64,000 nt of DNA. Origin: Bryobacterales bacterium. GTDB taxonomy: Bacteria > Acidobacteriota > Terriglobia > Bryobacterales > UBA6623. Location: positions 2,144,001 through 2,208,000 of the forward strand of contig OY729428.2 of NCBI GenBank assembly GCA_963422375.2, read 5' to 3'. Shown one piece after another: positions 10,210-20,045 of this stretch. Position numbers and translations under genes: made by a program. Position 1 is the stretch's first letter. Every line of letters begins with the position of its first letter. The notes below the pieces were generated by a model. The model worked only from the letters and a program-made list of their open reading frames with translations. It did not search any database and was not told the DNA's origin.

Positions 10210-11549
10210 CCGTCACCAAGAAGGCCCTGCCGCGGCGCACGTTTCTCCGCGGGGCGGGCACGGCCCTCTCGCTGCCGCTGCTGGACGCGATGGTCCCGCC
10301 TCTGACGGCGCTCCCCAAGACCGCGGCCCGGCCGGTGCGGAGGCTGGGCTTCGTCTACGTCCCGATGGGGTGCGACATCACGCGGTGGACCCCGCCAGGG
10401 GACGGGGATCTGCAAGAGCTCTCGCCGTCCCTGTCGTCGCTGGCTCCCGTGATCGGCGACGTGACCGTCCTCACGAACATGGAGCTGAAGAACTCCTACC
10501 CGGGCACGCATGCGACGTCGAACGCCGGCTTCCTGAGTGCCGCCAAGGCGAAATGGACGGAGAGCACGGACTACCGCCTCGGGACAACTGTCGACCAGAT
10601 CGCTGCGCAGGGAATCGGGCAGGAGACGCGGCTGCCGTCCCTCGAGATGGCGATGGATTTGGTTTCGATGGTCGGCCAGTGCGACAACGGCTTCGCCTGC
10701 GTCTACCAGAACAACCTCTCGTGGTCCTCGCCGACCACGCCGCTGCCGGCCGAGGCGCATCCGCGCATTGTTTTCGAGCGGCTCTTCGGCGAAGGCGGCA
10801 CGCCCGAAGACCGGCGGGCAGCCCTGCGTCGCAAGGCGAGCCTCCTGGACTGGGTCCTGGAGGACACGGCCAGCCTCCGCACGGAGCTGGGTCCGGAAGA
10901 CCGCGCCCGGATCGACCAGTACCTCGACTCGATCCGCGAGGTGGAGCGTCGCATCCAGAAGGCGGAGGAAACCTCCGGCGACGGGGCACTGCCCGATCTC
11001 GACCGCCCGGCCGGTGTGCCTGCGGCCTACGCCGATCACGCGAAGCTCATGTTCGACCTGCAAGTCCTTGCAATGCAGGCCGATATCACGCGCGTCTTCA
11101 CGTTCCAGCTGGCGCGCGAGACCAGCACGCGGACCTATCCGGAAGCCGGCGTTACCGAACCGCACCACCCCCTGACTCATCACGGCAACAACCCGGAGAA
11201 GATCGCCAAGGTGGCCAAGATCAACCAGTTCCACGTGTCTCTGTTCGCCGCTTACCTCGAGAAGCTCAAGTCAACGCCCGACGTCGATGGCTCCCTGCTG
11301 GACAACTCGCTGATCCTGTACGGCAGCGGCATGGGGAACCCGAACGTTCACGACCACACGAACCTTCCCATCCTGGTCGCGGGCGGAGCGGCGGGCGGCC
11401 TCAAGGGCGGCCGCCACATCCGCTACGCCGAGCCAGCGCCGCTGGCCAACCTTCACCTGACGCTGCTCGACAGGGCCGGCGTCCACCTCGACCGCTTCGG
11501 GGACAGCACGGGCAGGCTCCCGGAGCTCGCCGAGCCGCTGGATATCTGA
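10206..11549 (+). CDS. DUF1552 domain protein
   Basis: Tat-like RRTFLRG, HHPLTHH motif, LLDNSLILYGSGM; ATGA overlap with the DUF1592 gene, its usual partner. Confidence 0.88.
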   Translation: MTVTKKALPRRTFLRGAGTALSLPLLDAMVPPLTALPKTAARPVRRLGFVYVPMGCDITRWTPPGDGDLQELSPSLSSLAPVIGDVTVLTNMELKNSYPGTHATSNAGFLSAAKAKWTESTDYRLGTTVDQIAAQGIGQETRLPSLEMAMDLVSMVGQCDNGFACVYQNNLSWSSPTTPLPAEAHPRIVFERLFGEGGTPEDRRAALRRKASLLDWVLEDTASLRTELGPEDRARIDQYLDSIREVERRIQKAEETSGDGALPDLDRPAGVPAAYADHAKLMFDLQVLAMQADITRVFTFQLARETSTRTYPEAGVTEPHHPLTHHGNNPEKIAKVAKINQFHVSLFAAYLEKLKSTPDVDGSLLDNSLILYGSGMGNPNVHDHTNLPILVAGGAAGGLKGGRHIRYAEPAPLANLHLTLLDRAGVHLDRFGDSTGRLPELAEPLDI

Positions 11550-11576
11550 CCGAAGATTCTCGGGAGCGGCGCACCG

Positions 11577-13076
11577 ATGGGCGAGACCTCGAGGCGAGTC
11601 GGCCTGCTGGCCCTGGCGGCGGGCGCGGCGCTGCTGCCGTGCGCCGCCCCCGCCTCCACGCTCGCGGACGAGGCGGAGCGCGGCCGCTTCGAACGCGTCC
11701 GGCACATCCTTGCCCGGGGATCGGACCCGGACGAGCCCCAAGCCGACGGCATGACGGCCCTGCTCTGGGCGGTGCATCTCGACCGCCTCGATTCGGCTCG
11801 CCTGCTCGTCCGGGCGGGGGCGGACCCGAATCGCGGAAACCGCTACGGAGTGACGCCGCTGTCTCTGGCCTGCCTCGGCGGCAACGCCGCAATGGTCCGG
11901 CTGCTGCTAGAGAGCGGGGCGGATCCCGATGCCGCGCTGCGCGCTGGGGAAACGCCCTTGATGACCGCCGCTCGGAGCGGCAATGCAGCCGCCGTCGAGG
12001 CGCTCCTAGCGCACGGCGCGGAAGTTGAAGCCAGGGAAGCCATCGGACGGCAGACAGCGCTCATTTGGGCAGCTGCCGAAGGCCACGCGGAGGCCACGAG
12101 CGCCCTGATCCGGGCGGGAGCCGACATCGGCCTGAGGCTGGCCTCGGGATTCACCCCCGTGCTCTTCGCAGCTCGAGAGGGCCACATCGAGGTCCTCGAG
12201 GCGCTGCTCGAAGCGGGCGCGGATCCGAACGACTGGATCCGTCCGCCGACCGACGAACCGAGCATGGCACGGGGCTACAAGGGAGCTCCGCCGTACGGCG
12301 CGAGCGCCCTGCTCATCGCGGTCGAGAACGCTCACTACGAGCTGGCGCTCCACCTGCTGGACGCGGGCGCGGAGCCCGACGGCACCAGGACGGGCTACAC
12401 CGTCCTGCATGCGCTCGCGAGGGTCCGCAAGCCGGGGCGCGGCGACAACGACCCGCCTCCGGCCGGATCTGGCCGGGTGAGCAGCATCGAGTTCGTGCGC
12501 GAGATCGCAGAGCGCGGTGCCGACCTGAACGCCAGAATGACCAAGAACGTCAATCTCGGAAACACCCGGCTCAGGAAGCTCGGCGCGACACCCTACATGC
12601 TCGCGGCTCAGAGCGCCGACGCGGAGCTCATGCGCGCCCTAGCGGGGCTCGGCGCGGATGTCTCGATCCCAAACGTCCACGGCAGCACCCCGCTGATGGC
12701 GGCGGCGGGCCTCGGCACGCGGTCTCCGGGCGAGGACGCCGGCTTGGAGCACGAGGTGCTCGAGGCGATCAATGTCGCTCTGGAGCATGGCGCGGACATC
12801 AATGCGGTCGACGAGAACGGTGAGACGGTCATGCATGCCGCGGCGTACAAGAATCTTCCGCAGGTGGTGGAGCACCTAGCGTCCCGCGGCGCGGAAATCG
12901 GGATCTGGAACACCGAGAATCGCTACGGCTGGACGCCGCTAGCGATCGCGACGGGGTACCGGTTCGGCAACTTCAAGCCGTCTCAGGTGACTGTCGACGC
13001 GCTCCGCCGCGTGATGATCGCGAACGGAGTCGTGCCGCCCGCAGCTGTCAGGGCGAAGACCGAGCAGATTTACTGA
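11577..13076 (+). CDS. Secreted ankyrin-repeat protein
   Basis: Signal peptide and many G-T-P/A-L ankyrin repeats (GMTALLWA, GVTPLSLA, GETPLMTAA, GWTPLAIA). Confidence 0.9.
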   Translation: MGETSRRVGLLALAAGAALLPCAAPASTLADEAERGRFERVRHILARGSDPDEPQADGMTALLWAVHLDRLDSARLLVRAGADPNRGNRYGVTPLSLACLGGNAAMVRLLLESGADPDAALRAGETPLMTAARSGNAAAVEALLAHGAEVEAREAIGRQTALIWAAAEGHAEATSALIRAGADIGLRLASGFTPVLFAAREGHIEVLEALLEAGADPNDWIRPPTDEPSMARGYKGAPPYGASALLIAVENAHYELALHLLDAGAEPDGTRTGYTVLHALARVRKPGRGDNDPPPAGSGRVSSIEFVREIAERGADLNARMTKNVNLGNTRLRKLGATPYMLAAQSADAELMRALAGLGADVSIPNVHGSTPLMAAAGLGTRSPGEDAGLEHEVLEAINVALEHGADINAVDENGETVMHAAAYKNLPQVVEHLASRGAEIGIWNTENRYGWTPLAIATGYRFGNFKPSQVTVDALRRVMIANGVVPPAAVRAKTEQIY

Positions 13077-13389
13077 ACTCGGTCCGCGCTATCGATCAAC
13101 CGGGCGCATGTACGGTCGCTAGGGCACCGTCGGTGAGGGAGGGCCAGGCCGTCACCGGTCGGGACGGACTCTCCGGGTCTTTCCAAGCTGTCGGCGCGCT
13201 CGGTGCGCCGCACGTCGAAACGGATTCTGCGCCGACGCTTAGGCCAGCATGCCGCGAGCGGAGGGAGGTCCAGGAAGCAGGTGTCTTGAGGCCGGTGCCG
13301 CGATCTGCTCGGAGGGGGAGTGCGCCTGCGTACGGGCGGACGACCGAGAGAATCTTGCCATGCCCCAGTGAGAGAGTTAAGTTAGAAGC

Positions 13390-14631
13390 GTGCGCCGGTG
13401 CGCCTCGAGTCTTCCCATCGGCCTGAATCGCCTACAGAGGTCCGTCTCGGCTGTGGGCCTCGCGCTGGCGCTCGGCGCGACCGGAGTCTCTGCCTTCGCG
13501 GAGGACCAACAGGAACCTGTGCCGTACGACAGGGGGCTCTACCGGCATTGGACAGACGCGGACTCGGACTGCCGGGATACCCGGGAGGAGGTCCTCATCG
13601 CGGAGAGCCAGTCCCCGGTCGAGCTTGACGAGCGCGGGTGCAAGGTCGTCGGCGGGTATTGGTACGACCCCTATCTCGGCGAGAGGGTCTCGGACCCGGC
13701 GTTGCTGGATGTCGACCACTTCGTGCCCCTAGCAGAAGCGCATCGGAGCGGTGCGCACTCGTGGACACCCGAGCGACGAGAGGCCTACGCGAATGATCTA
13801 ACCCATGCAGAGACGCTCATTGCCACGACCTTCAAATCCAACCGCTCCAAGGGGAGCTCCGATCCCGCCGACTGGCTGCCCCCCAATGAAGCGTACCGTT
13901 GCGAATATGTCCGGACTTGGGTAATCGTCAAGGCCACCTGGGGTCTGGCCAGTGACGAGGACGAAGATCGAGCCGTCCGGGAAGTACTGGAATCGTGCCG
14001 TGCCGCTTCCGGCAGGGACCGCCCCGACGAATCGGAATCTCGGCTTACGACGCTGGGAGGTGGTCCGACGGTGTCGGCCGTGGCGGTCGGGGGGGGCGGA
14101 GACCCGACGCACTGCGCCGCCCCCGAAGGCTCAGGCCAGGGCGACGGCGCAGGTCATGCGCAGTCTTGCGAGAGCGAATCGTCTGCGAACCCGCTCGACG
14201 GGTCCTCGCAGGCTGCCGCCGAACAATCGGGCGGGAGCCGGCGCGGCTGCACCGACATCAACACGGCCTCTTCCGCCGAACTCGAGGCCGTCAGCGGTAT
14301 CGGCCCGGCCACCCTCGCGAACCTGCGCGCCGCCGACTTCTGCGTCGCCGACCATGGGCCTGTCCAACCAGCGGCCGACAGCAGGCCTGACGCCGTCGCG
14401 GAGAAGGCGGACAGCCAAGCGGGAAGCCCAGCAACTTGCACGAATGTCAATGCCGCCACGTCGGCCACGTTGCAGGCTGTGAGCGGCATCGGGCCGGCTA
14501 GAGCCAAGGCGATCATCGAGCATCGCGAACGCAACGGTCCCTTCGGCAGGCTCGACCAGCTGCTCGAGGTGAGCGGCGTCGGACCGTCGACCCTGAGGAA
14601 CTTCCGCGCCGCCGGCTACTGCGCCCAGTGA
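13390..14631 (+). CDS. Secreted HNH-type nuclease (DUF1524-like) fused to ComEA-like helix-hairpin-helix domains
   Basis: Hydrophobic signal, CRDTREEVL, DVDHFVPL..NRSKG..DPADWLP..CEYVRTW, and C-terminal LQAVSGIGP..IIEHRERNGPF..LLEVSGVGP. Start codon uncertain. Confidence 0.82.
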   Translation: MRRCASSLPIGLNRLQRSVSAVGLALALGATGVSAFAEDQQEPVPYDRGLYRHWTDADSDCRDTREEVLIAESQSPVELDERGCKVVGGYWYDPYLGERVSDPALLDVDHFVPLAEAHRSGAHSWTPERREAYANDLTHAETLIATTFKSNRSKGSSDPADWLPPNEAYRCEYVRTWVIVKATWGLASDEDEDRAVREVLESCRAASGRDRPDESESRLTTLGGGPTVSAVAVGGGGDPTHCAAPEGSGQGDGAGHAQSCESESSANPLDGSSQAAAEQSGGSRRGCTDINTASSAELEAVSGIGPATLANLRAADFCVADHGPVQPAADSRPDAVAEKADSQAGSPATCTNVNAATSATLQAVSGIGPARAKAIIEHRERNGPFGRLDQLLEVSGVGPSTLRNFRAAGYCAQ

Positions 14632-14754
14632 GGGAAGAGCCACCCTCGGCGAGGGCCAACGGGCGGAGCCATGCGGGTAGACTATATTCGTGCGCATGCA
14701 GCGAAGGGCGTCAACGGCGCGGGACTGCCAATGACAGGGGAGGCAATTGGATCG

Positions 14755-16179
14755 ATGCGATCCGCCGTCGCACCGTCGCGTCGAGCGATCCTTCGTAACG
14801 CCACGATGGGCATGGGAATGTGCGCCCTAGGCGCGCTGATGACGAGCGATCGCGCACGCGGTGCCGCGAGCTACGACCCGACCGACCCGCTAGCGCCGAA
14901 GCCGCCACCGCTTCCAGCGAAGGCCAAGAGGGTCATCCACATCTTCATGAACGGCGGCCCCTCGCAGGTGGACACGTTCGATCCCAAGCCGGCCCTCGCC
15001 CGATACGGCGGCCAGCAGCTACCGATCCACCTGCGGACCGAGCGCCAGACCGGTGCAGCCTTCCCATCGCCGTTCGCGTTCCACAAGCACGGCCAGAGCG
15101 GGATCGAGGTCAGCGAGATTTTCCCGCGGGTCGCAGAGCACGTCGACGACCTGTGTGTCGTCCGGTCAATGCATACCGAGGTTCCCAATCACGGGCCTTC
15201 GCTGATGATGATGAACACGGGCACCACGCAGCAGTCACGCCCGAGCTTCGGATCGTGGCTGACGTACGGGCTCGGAAGCGAGAACCGCAATCTGCCCGGC
15301 TTCGTGGTGCTGTGCCCCGGCGGCTACCCCGTGTGGGGCGCGAAGAACTGGCGCGCGGCGTTCCTGCCCGGGGCCTTCCAAGGTACGCATGTCGACACGC
15401 GCCACACCGCTCCCGAGAAGCTCATCGCAAATGTGAGGAGCAGTTTCGCCAGCGAGCGATCCCAGCGAGAGCAGCTGGACCTTCTTGCAAGCATGAATCG
15501 CACGCACGCATCCAAGAGGGCGGACGACGCCCTGTTGGAGGCGAGGACCCAGTCTTTCGAGCTGGCGTTCCGCATGCAAATCGAAGCGGCCGACGTGTTC
15601 GACATCGGCAGCGAGCCGAAGTCGGTGCGCGACTTGTACGGCGACTCCCTTCACGGGCGGCAGATGCTCATCGCCCGCAGGCTGCTCGAGAAGGGCGTCC
15701 GTTTCGTGCAAGTTTGGCACGGCGCGGGGCAGCCGTGGGACTCCCACAGCGAAGTCGAATCGAACCACCGGCGGCTCGCCTCGGAGTGCGACCAGCCGAT
15801 CGCGGCGCTCCTGACCGACCTGAAGAAGCTCGGGATGCTCGACGACACCTTGGTGATCTGGGGCGGGGAATTCGGCAGGACTCCGGTGGTGGAGCTCACT
15901 TCTTTCGGGGCCAACGCGGGCAAGAACGGCCGCGACCACAATTCGTACGGGTTCTCGATGTGGCTAGCCGGGGGCGGTGTCAAGGCGGGCCACGTTCACG
16001 GCGCAACGGACGAGTTCGGGTTCCGGGCCGAAGAAGACAAGGTTCACGTGCATGACCTTCACGCGACCCTCCTGCACCTGCTCGGTTTCGACCATGAGGG
16101 GTTCACATTCCGCTACGCGGGACGCGATTTCCGGTTGACCGACGTGCATGGCGAGGTAGTGCGAGGCCTGCTCGCGTGA
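14755..16179 (+). CDS. DUF1501 domain protein
   Basis: GGAGG RBS, Tat-like SRRAILR, AKRVIHIFMNGGPSQVDTFDPKP, WGGEFGRTP, GRDHN, HVHDLHAT. Confidence 0.9.
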   Translation: MRSAVAPSRRAILRNATMGMGMCALGALMTSDRARGAASYDPTDPLAPKPPPLPAKAKRVIHIFMNGGPSQVDTFDPKPALARYGGQQLPIHLRTERQTGAAFPSPFAFHKHGQSGIEVSEIFPRVAEHVDDLCVVRSMHTEVPNHGPSLMMMNTGTTQQSRPSFGSWLTYGLGSENRNLPGFVVLCPGGYPVWGAKNWRAAFLPGAFQGTHVDTRHTAPEKLIANVRSSFASERSQREQLDLLASMNRTHASKRADDALLEARTQSFELAFRMQIEAADVFDIGSEPKSVRDLYGDSLHGRQMLIARRLLEKGVRFVQVWHGAGQPWDSHSEVESNHRRLASECDQPIAALLTDLKKLGMLDDTLVIWGGEFGRTPVVELTSFGANAGKNGRDHNSYGFSMWLAGGGVKAGHVHGATDEFGFRAEEDKVHVHDLHATLLHLLGFDHEGFTFRYAGRDFRLTDVHGEVVRGLLA

Positions 16180-17102
16180 GCTGTTAGCGGGTCATGTCGA
16201 ACACCGAGGACCGGTCGGAGGACCGGCGACGCCGCTTCACGGTCATTTTGACGAGCAGGGACTGCAAGGGGCGCTGCCGTCAGCTTGGATAGCCAGCGCC
16301 GGCGATCTCGGACTCCCGACATTCGCCCCGCGGGGGCCTGCACTCGTCCGGCGTGCCCCAGAGCGGCCCGGTCAACGATATTGGTTCGACAGCCTTGCTG
16401 TCGACGCGATACTTGATCATAGATCGCCGTCTTGGGTGGTCGGCCCAAGCCTCGATTGCCACCACGCACCAATCTTCCGCTAGCCCGACTTCCCGCTCAT
16501 CTAGACCAATGATGTCGAGCAACACCGTGGCCGCCGTCCCAAGCGAGCGGTGGTCCTGCCCGCTGGTCTCCTTGTTCTGCCGTCGCCGGGACGCGACCAA
16601 GTCGAATGCTCGCGGCGCGGCCGATGCGTTAGGGATCTCCACGGGCTCATGCGTCATGGCACCATCCGCCACGGGATCGCAAGGACAAGCGATGCATGTG
16701 CGGTGAAGGCACCAAGCGTTCCCGGCTGGCACGTGCAGTGCCAGCTGGAACGCGTCAGAGTACAGCCGATCGATTCCGTTCGGCACGAGCGCGACATCTT
16801 CCTTGGGAGGGCGTCGACCCTGTGCGCTGGCGAGGCGGCAGGAGGCTAGCGGAGTCTGGTCGACTTTCTTGCTACCGGTTCCCCGTCATAGGCCCCCCGG
16901 CGACGACGCGCCGTATGGCCAGGTGTGTAGTTTGCGCTCCGAACCAAGCCCCCGCCAGTGCGAGGGGTGACGTCGAAGCAAATCACTTCGGAGGCTGCTT
17001 CGAGAAGCGGCAATTCAACGGGCGAGGCCGATTCCGAAGTAGCGGAATGGACACCTGCTAGCAGCTTTGCCTAGCCCTGTGATTGACTCTGATCTCAGCC
17101 GC

Positions 17103-17645
17103 TCAGTCTTCGGCTTCCTCGGAGGGAAGCGACTGCGCCGCGATCCGCCCCGGAGTGCCGGCGTCGATTGGCCGCCCCGGACCGGAACTTGCAGACCAAG
17201 ACCGGATCTGCAGGACTGTCGCTTGCAGCCGACCCAATTCCCGTTCATGCTCGGCCTGACGCGCCTGAATGGGCTCTATTTGCTTCATGTCAGAGCCTAG
17301 CGCGGCCAGCTGCGCTCCGACGTGCGCGATCTGCTCCGAGAGCTTGCGGTAGTCGTCCCGATGCTGCTCCGAGAGCTTGCGGATGTCGTCTTGCATCTGC
17401 CGAATGACATCCCAGATCTGAGCGAGCTGCGCAACCTGGGCGCTCTGTCGCCCCTCTAGCCGCCCAACGACCTCCCGCAAGTTGCCGACACCGTCGGACA
17501 GCTTCTCGACTGCACCTGCGAGCCGACGGGTATACTCGCGCTGCGCCCCTAGGTGCTGCTTGAGCATCCGCGACGTCAAGGTTACTATCGCGACTACGAC
17601 GCCGGTCGAGGACAGCACTATGGTCGCAATCTGTACAGGATCCAT
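17103..17645 (-). CDS. Hypothetical N-terminally anchored coiled-coil protein
   Basis: One N-terminal TM helix followed by heptad-like sequence with an 11-residue internal repeat (DDIRKLSEQ / DDYRKLSEQ). Confidence 0.65.
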   Translation of the reverse strand: MDPVQIATIVLSSTGVVVAIVTLTSRMLKQHLGAQREYTRRLAGAVEKLSDGVGNLREVVGRLEGRQSAQVAQLAQIWDVIRQMQDDIRKLSEQHRDDYRKLSEQIAHVGAQLAALGSDMKQIEPIQARQAEHERELGRLQATVLQIRSWSASSGPGRPIDAGTPGRIAAQSLPSEEAED

Positions 17646-18174
17646 CCGGTTGATCCTGGCATGGCGTGGCAGGTTCGCATGCCTCAGCGCCCTGCCGTGT
17701 CGATTGCTTCTCGGCGTCCCGCCCGCTATCTCTCCGACGCCAGCGACTCGCGACTAGGATCTGCGGGGCCCAGCGGACAGCCGCGGGACTCCTCAGAACC
17801 TGAGAGGCCGGCTCGGGGCTCCGGCCAAAGCCCGCAAGCTGATTCGACTTGGGGCGCCCTGCCTTCGCTCGCGGTCAAGGGTGAATGAATGAAGCTGGCG
17901 GCGGGCACCTCCGCTCGGCGTTCCGAATCTTCGGCCGCGATCGAGACCGTCTCTCGGTTGGCTGGCTAGTCGCCGCACGAGCTTGACTCAAGCTTCAGCC
18001 TGAGACAAGCGAATTGGCGATGCCTCGCGGCTCGCGAACGCCTGCGCATGACCGAGGACGGGCACCCGCATCGCGAACCTCGCGACTAGGGGAAGCCCGC
18101 TCGTCAAGTTAGAATGAGAATTGAGGAGCGGCCCGCGCTCCCGGACTGGGCCGCACGGAAGGAAGGGCGATTCG

Positions 18175-18879
18175 TTGGCAAGGATCCGTCGCAGGGAACT
18201 CAAGCGTGACCGCTTCGTCGAGGAGGTCACCCACCAAGTCGAGTATCTCTCAGGGCATCGCAAGCAGTTCGTCTGGGGCGGTATCGTAGCAGCCGTCCTG
18301 CTCGTAGGCGGTCTGGGCTACTCGGCGTATGCCTCGCAGAGGCATGCGGCCTCGTTAGCTGCCTTGATGGACGCGATCGACCTGTTCCATGGAGTGGTCA
18401 CCGACGAGGCCCCGCCCGGCGTGAAGAGATTCCCAACGGAGACAGACCGCGTGGAGCAAGTAACTCGCGCCTTGGACGCGATCCTGCTCGACTACTCCGG
18501 CACGGTCGCGGATGCCGGGGCATCCTATTACTCGGGTCTCTTGGATCGCGAACGGGGCAACCTTGCCGAAGCGCAGTCGCACCTAGAGCAGGCAACGCGG
18601 GGCAGGGGCGACGAATTTCCCGGCTTGGCACGGCTGGCGCTCGGCGGGCTGCTCCTGGACCAAGGCGAGTCCGAGTCGGCGCGGGAGCATTTCCAGAAGC
18701 TGGCGGAGAGCCCCACCCGAACGGTGTCCAAGGATCGCGCCTTGATCGAGCTGGCGAGGACGTACCTAGGCAGCGACGCCGAGCAGGCCCGCGAGATCCT
18801 TCAGGGAATCCAGACCTCGAACAGTCCCGCCAGCCCCTTGGCGGCGACCCTGTTGGAGGCGATCGGCGAGGGCAGTTGA
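18175..18879 (+). CDS. Membrane-anchored TPR protein (YfgM-like)
   Basis: TTG start, N-terminal RRELKRDRF, single TM helix, then helical TPR-like repeats. Confidence 0.7.
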   Translation: MARIRRRELKRDRFVEEVTHQVEYLSGHRKQFVWGGIVAAVLLVGGLGYSAYASQRHAASLAALMDAIDLFHGVVTDEAPPGVKRFPTETDRVEQVTRALDAILLDYSGTVADAGASYYSGLLDRERGNLAEAQSHLEQATRGRGDEFPGLARLALGGLLLDQGESESAREHFQKLAESPTRTVSKDRALIELARTYLGSDAEQAREILQGIQTSNSPASPLAATLLEAIGEGS

Positions 18880-18892
18880 TTCCGGCCACTGC

Positions 18893-20044
18893 ATGACGGC
18901 TCGATTGCGGTTCCCGACCGAGCGGTCGCTCCTCCGGAAGCATCCCGAGCCGAAGGGCCCCGCGCCCTATCGCAATGCCTTTCAGCGCGACCGCGACCGC
19001 ATCATCCATTCGCGCGCGTTCCGGCGTCTCGCGGGCAAGACGCAGGTCACGACCCTTCCGGACTCCCATCACAGCCGCACGCGTCTGACTCACACGCTCG
19101 AGGTCTCCCAAGTCGCCCGCACCGTCGCTACTGCCCTCGACCTCAACGTCGATCTAGTGGAAGCGCTCGCACTCGGCCACGACCTTGGCCACCCGGCCTT
19201 TGGGCACACCGGAGAGTCCGCCCTCGACACGGAGATGCAGCGCTTCGGGCTCCGCTTCGATCACAACCTCCACGCGCTCCGCATCGTGGAGCACTTCGAG
19301 CGCCGATACGCGGCGTTTCGGGGTCTCAACCTCACGTTCGAAGTGAGGGAGGGCTTGGTGAAGCACTCCCGCGAGCTCGACCCCGGCGAGCCCCTCCACC
19401 AGGAGTACTTGCCGCACCTGCGCCCGCTCCTAGAAGCGCAGATTATCGACGCGGCGGACGAGATCGCCTACCTCAGCGCGGACATGGAGGACGCCGTCTC
19501 TGAGGGATTCCTGGAGCAAGCCGCTCTGCGAGAGCGAGTATCGGCGTTTGCCGAGCTGGCCGAGCAGACGAGGTCGACCTATCCCGAGGCAAGCGAAAGG
19601 CTCCAGCTCAGGGAGATTCAGCGCCGCTTGGTGGGCAGGCTGGTCGAGTGGTTCGTCGACGGCGTCCGGGCGGCGGCGGACAGGTCGGGAGCGATGGACT
19701 GCGGGGAAGTGCGCCGTCTGCCGCAACGCATCGCCAGCCCCGAGGCCCCAGCCCTCTTGATCATGCGTGAGCTCCGGGGTGTTCTTTCGGATTGCTATTA
19801 CAACGCCGCAGAGACGCGGCGTGTCGCGGGCCGCTACGCGGAACGGCTCAGCGAGTTGTTCCGCTACTTTGTCGACCACCCCGAATCGCTCCCTGGCAGC
19901 TACGCCGAGCAGTTCGGCGCGCAGCCCCTGCCGCAGCTGGTCTGCGACTATATCGCAGGCATGACCGACTCCTACTTGCTGCGCTGCCATGCCAAGTTGC
20001 TGGGAGGTGATCCCGGTGAAGCCGCCCCCAGCGGACTCGCGTAG
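18893..20044 (+). CDS. dgt: Deoxyguanosinetriphosphate triphosphohydrolase (dGTPase)
   Basis: FQRDRDRIIHSRAFRRL, RTRLTHTLEV, HD motif GHDLGH, DYIAGMTD. Confidence 0.92.
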   Translation: MTARLRFPTERSLLRKHPEPKGPAPYRNAFQRDRDRIIHSRAFRRLAGKTQVTTLPDSHHSRTRLTHTLEVSQVARTVATALDLNVDLVEALALGHDLGHPAFGHTGESALDTEMQRFGLRFDHNLHALRIVEHFERRYAAFRGLNLTFEVREGLVKHSRELDPGEPLHQEYLPHLRPLLEAQIIDAADEIAYLSADMEDAVSEGFLEQAALRERVSAFAELAEQTRSTYPEASERLQLREIQRRLVGRLVEWFVDGVRAAADRSGAMDCGEVRRLPQRIASPEAPALLIMRELRGVLSDCYYNAAETRRVAGRYAERLSELFRYFVDHPESLPGSYAEQFGAQPLPQLVCDYIAGMTDSYLLRCHAKLLGGDPGEAAPSGLA

Positions 20045-20045
20045 G

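Noticed and set aside
17747..18090. 12-bp direct repeat ctcgcgactagg about 330 bp apart
   Set aside because: No terminal inverted repeats or coding signal lie between the copies; a match of this size is plausible by chance in GC-rich DNA.
18893..20044. dGTPase as an anti-phage defence gene
   Set aside because: It looks like the short housekeeping type, in a core-gene context with normal GC and no defence neighbours.
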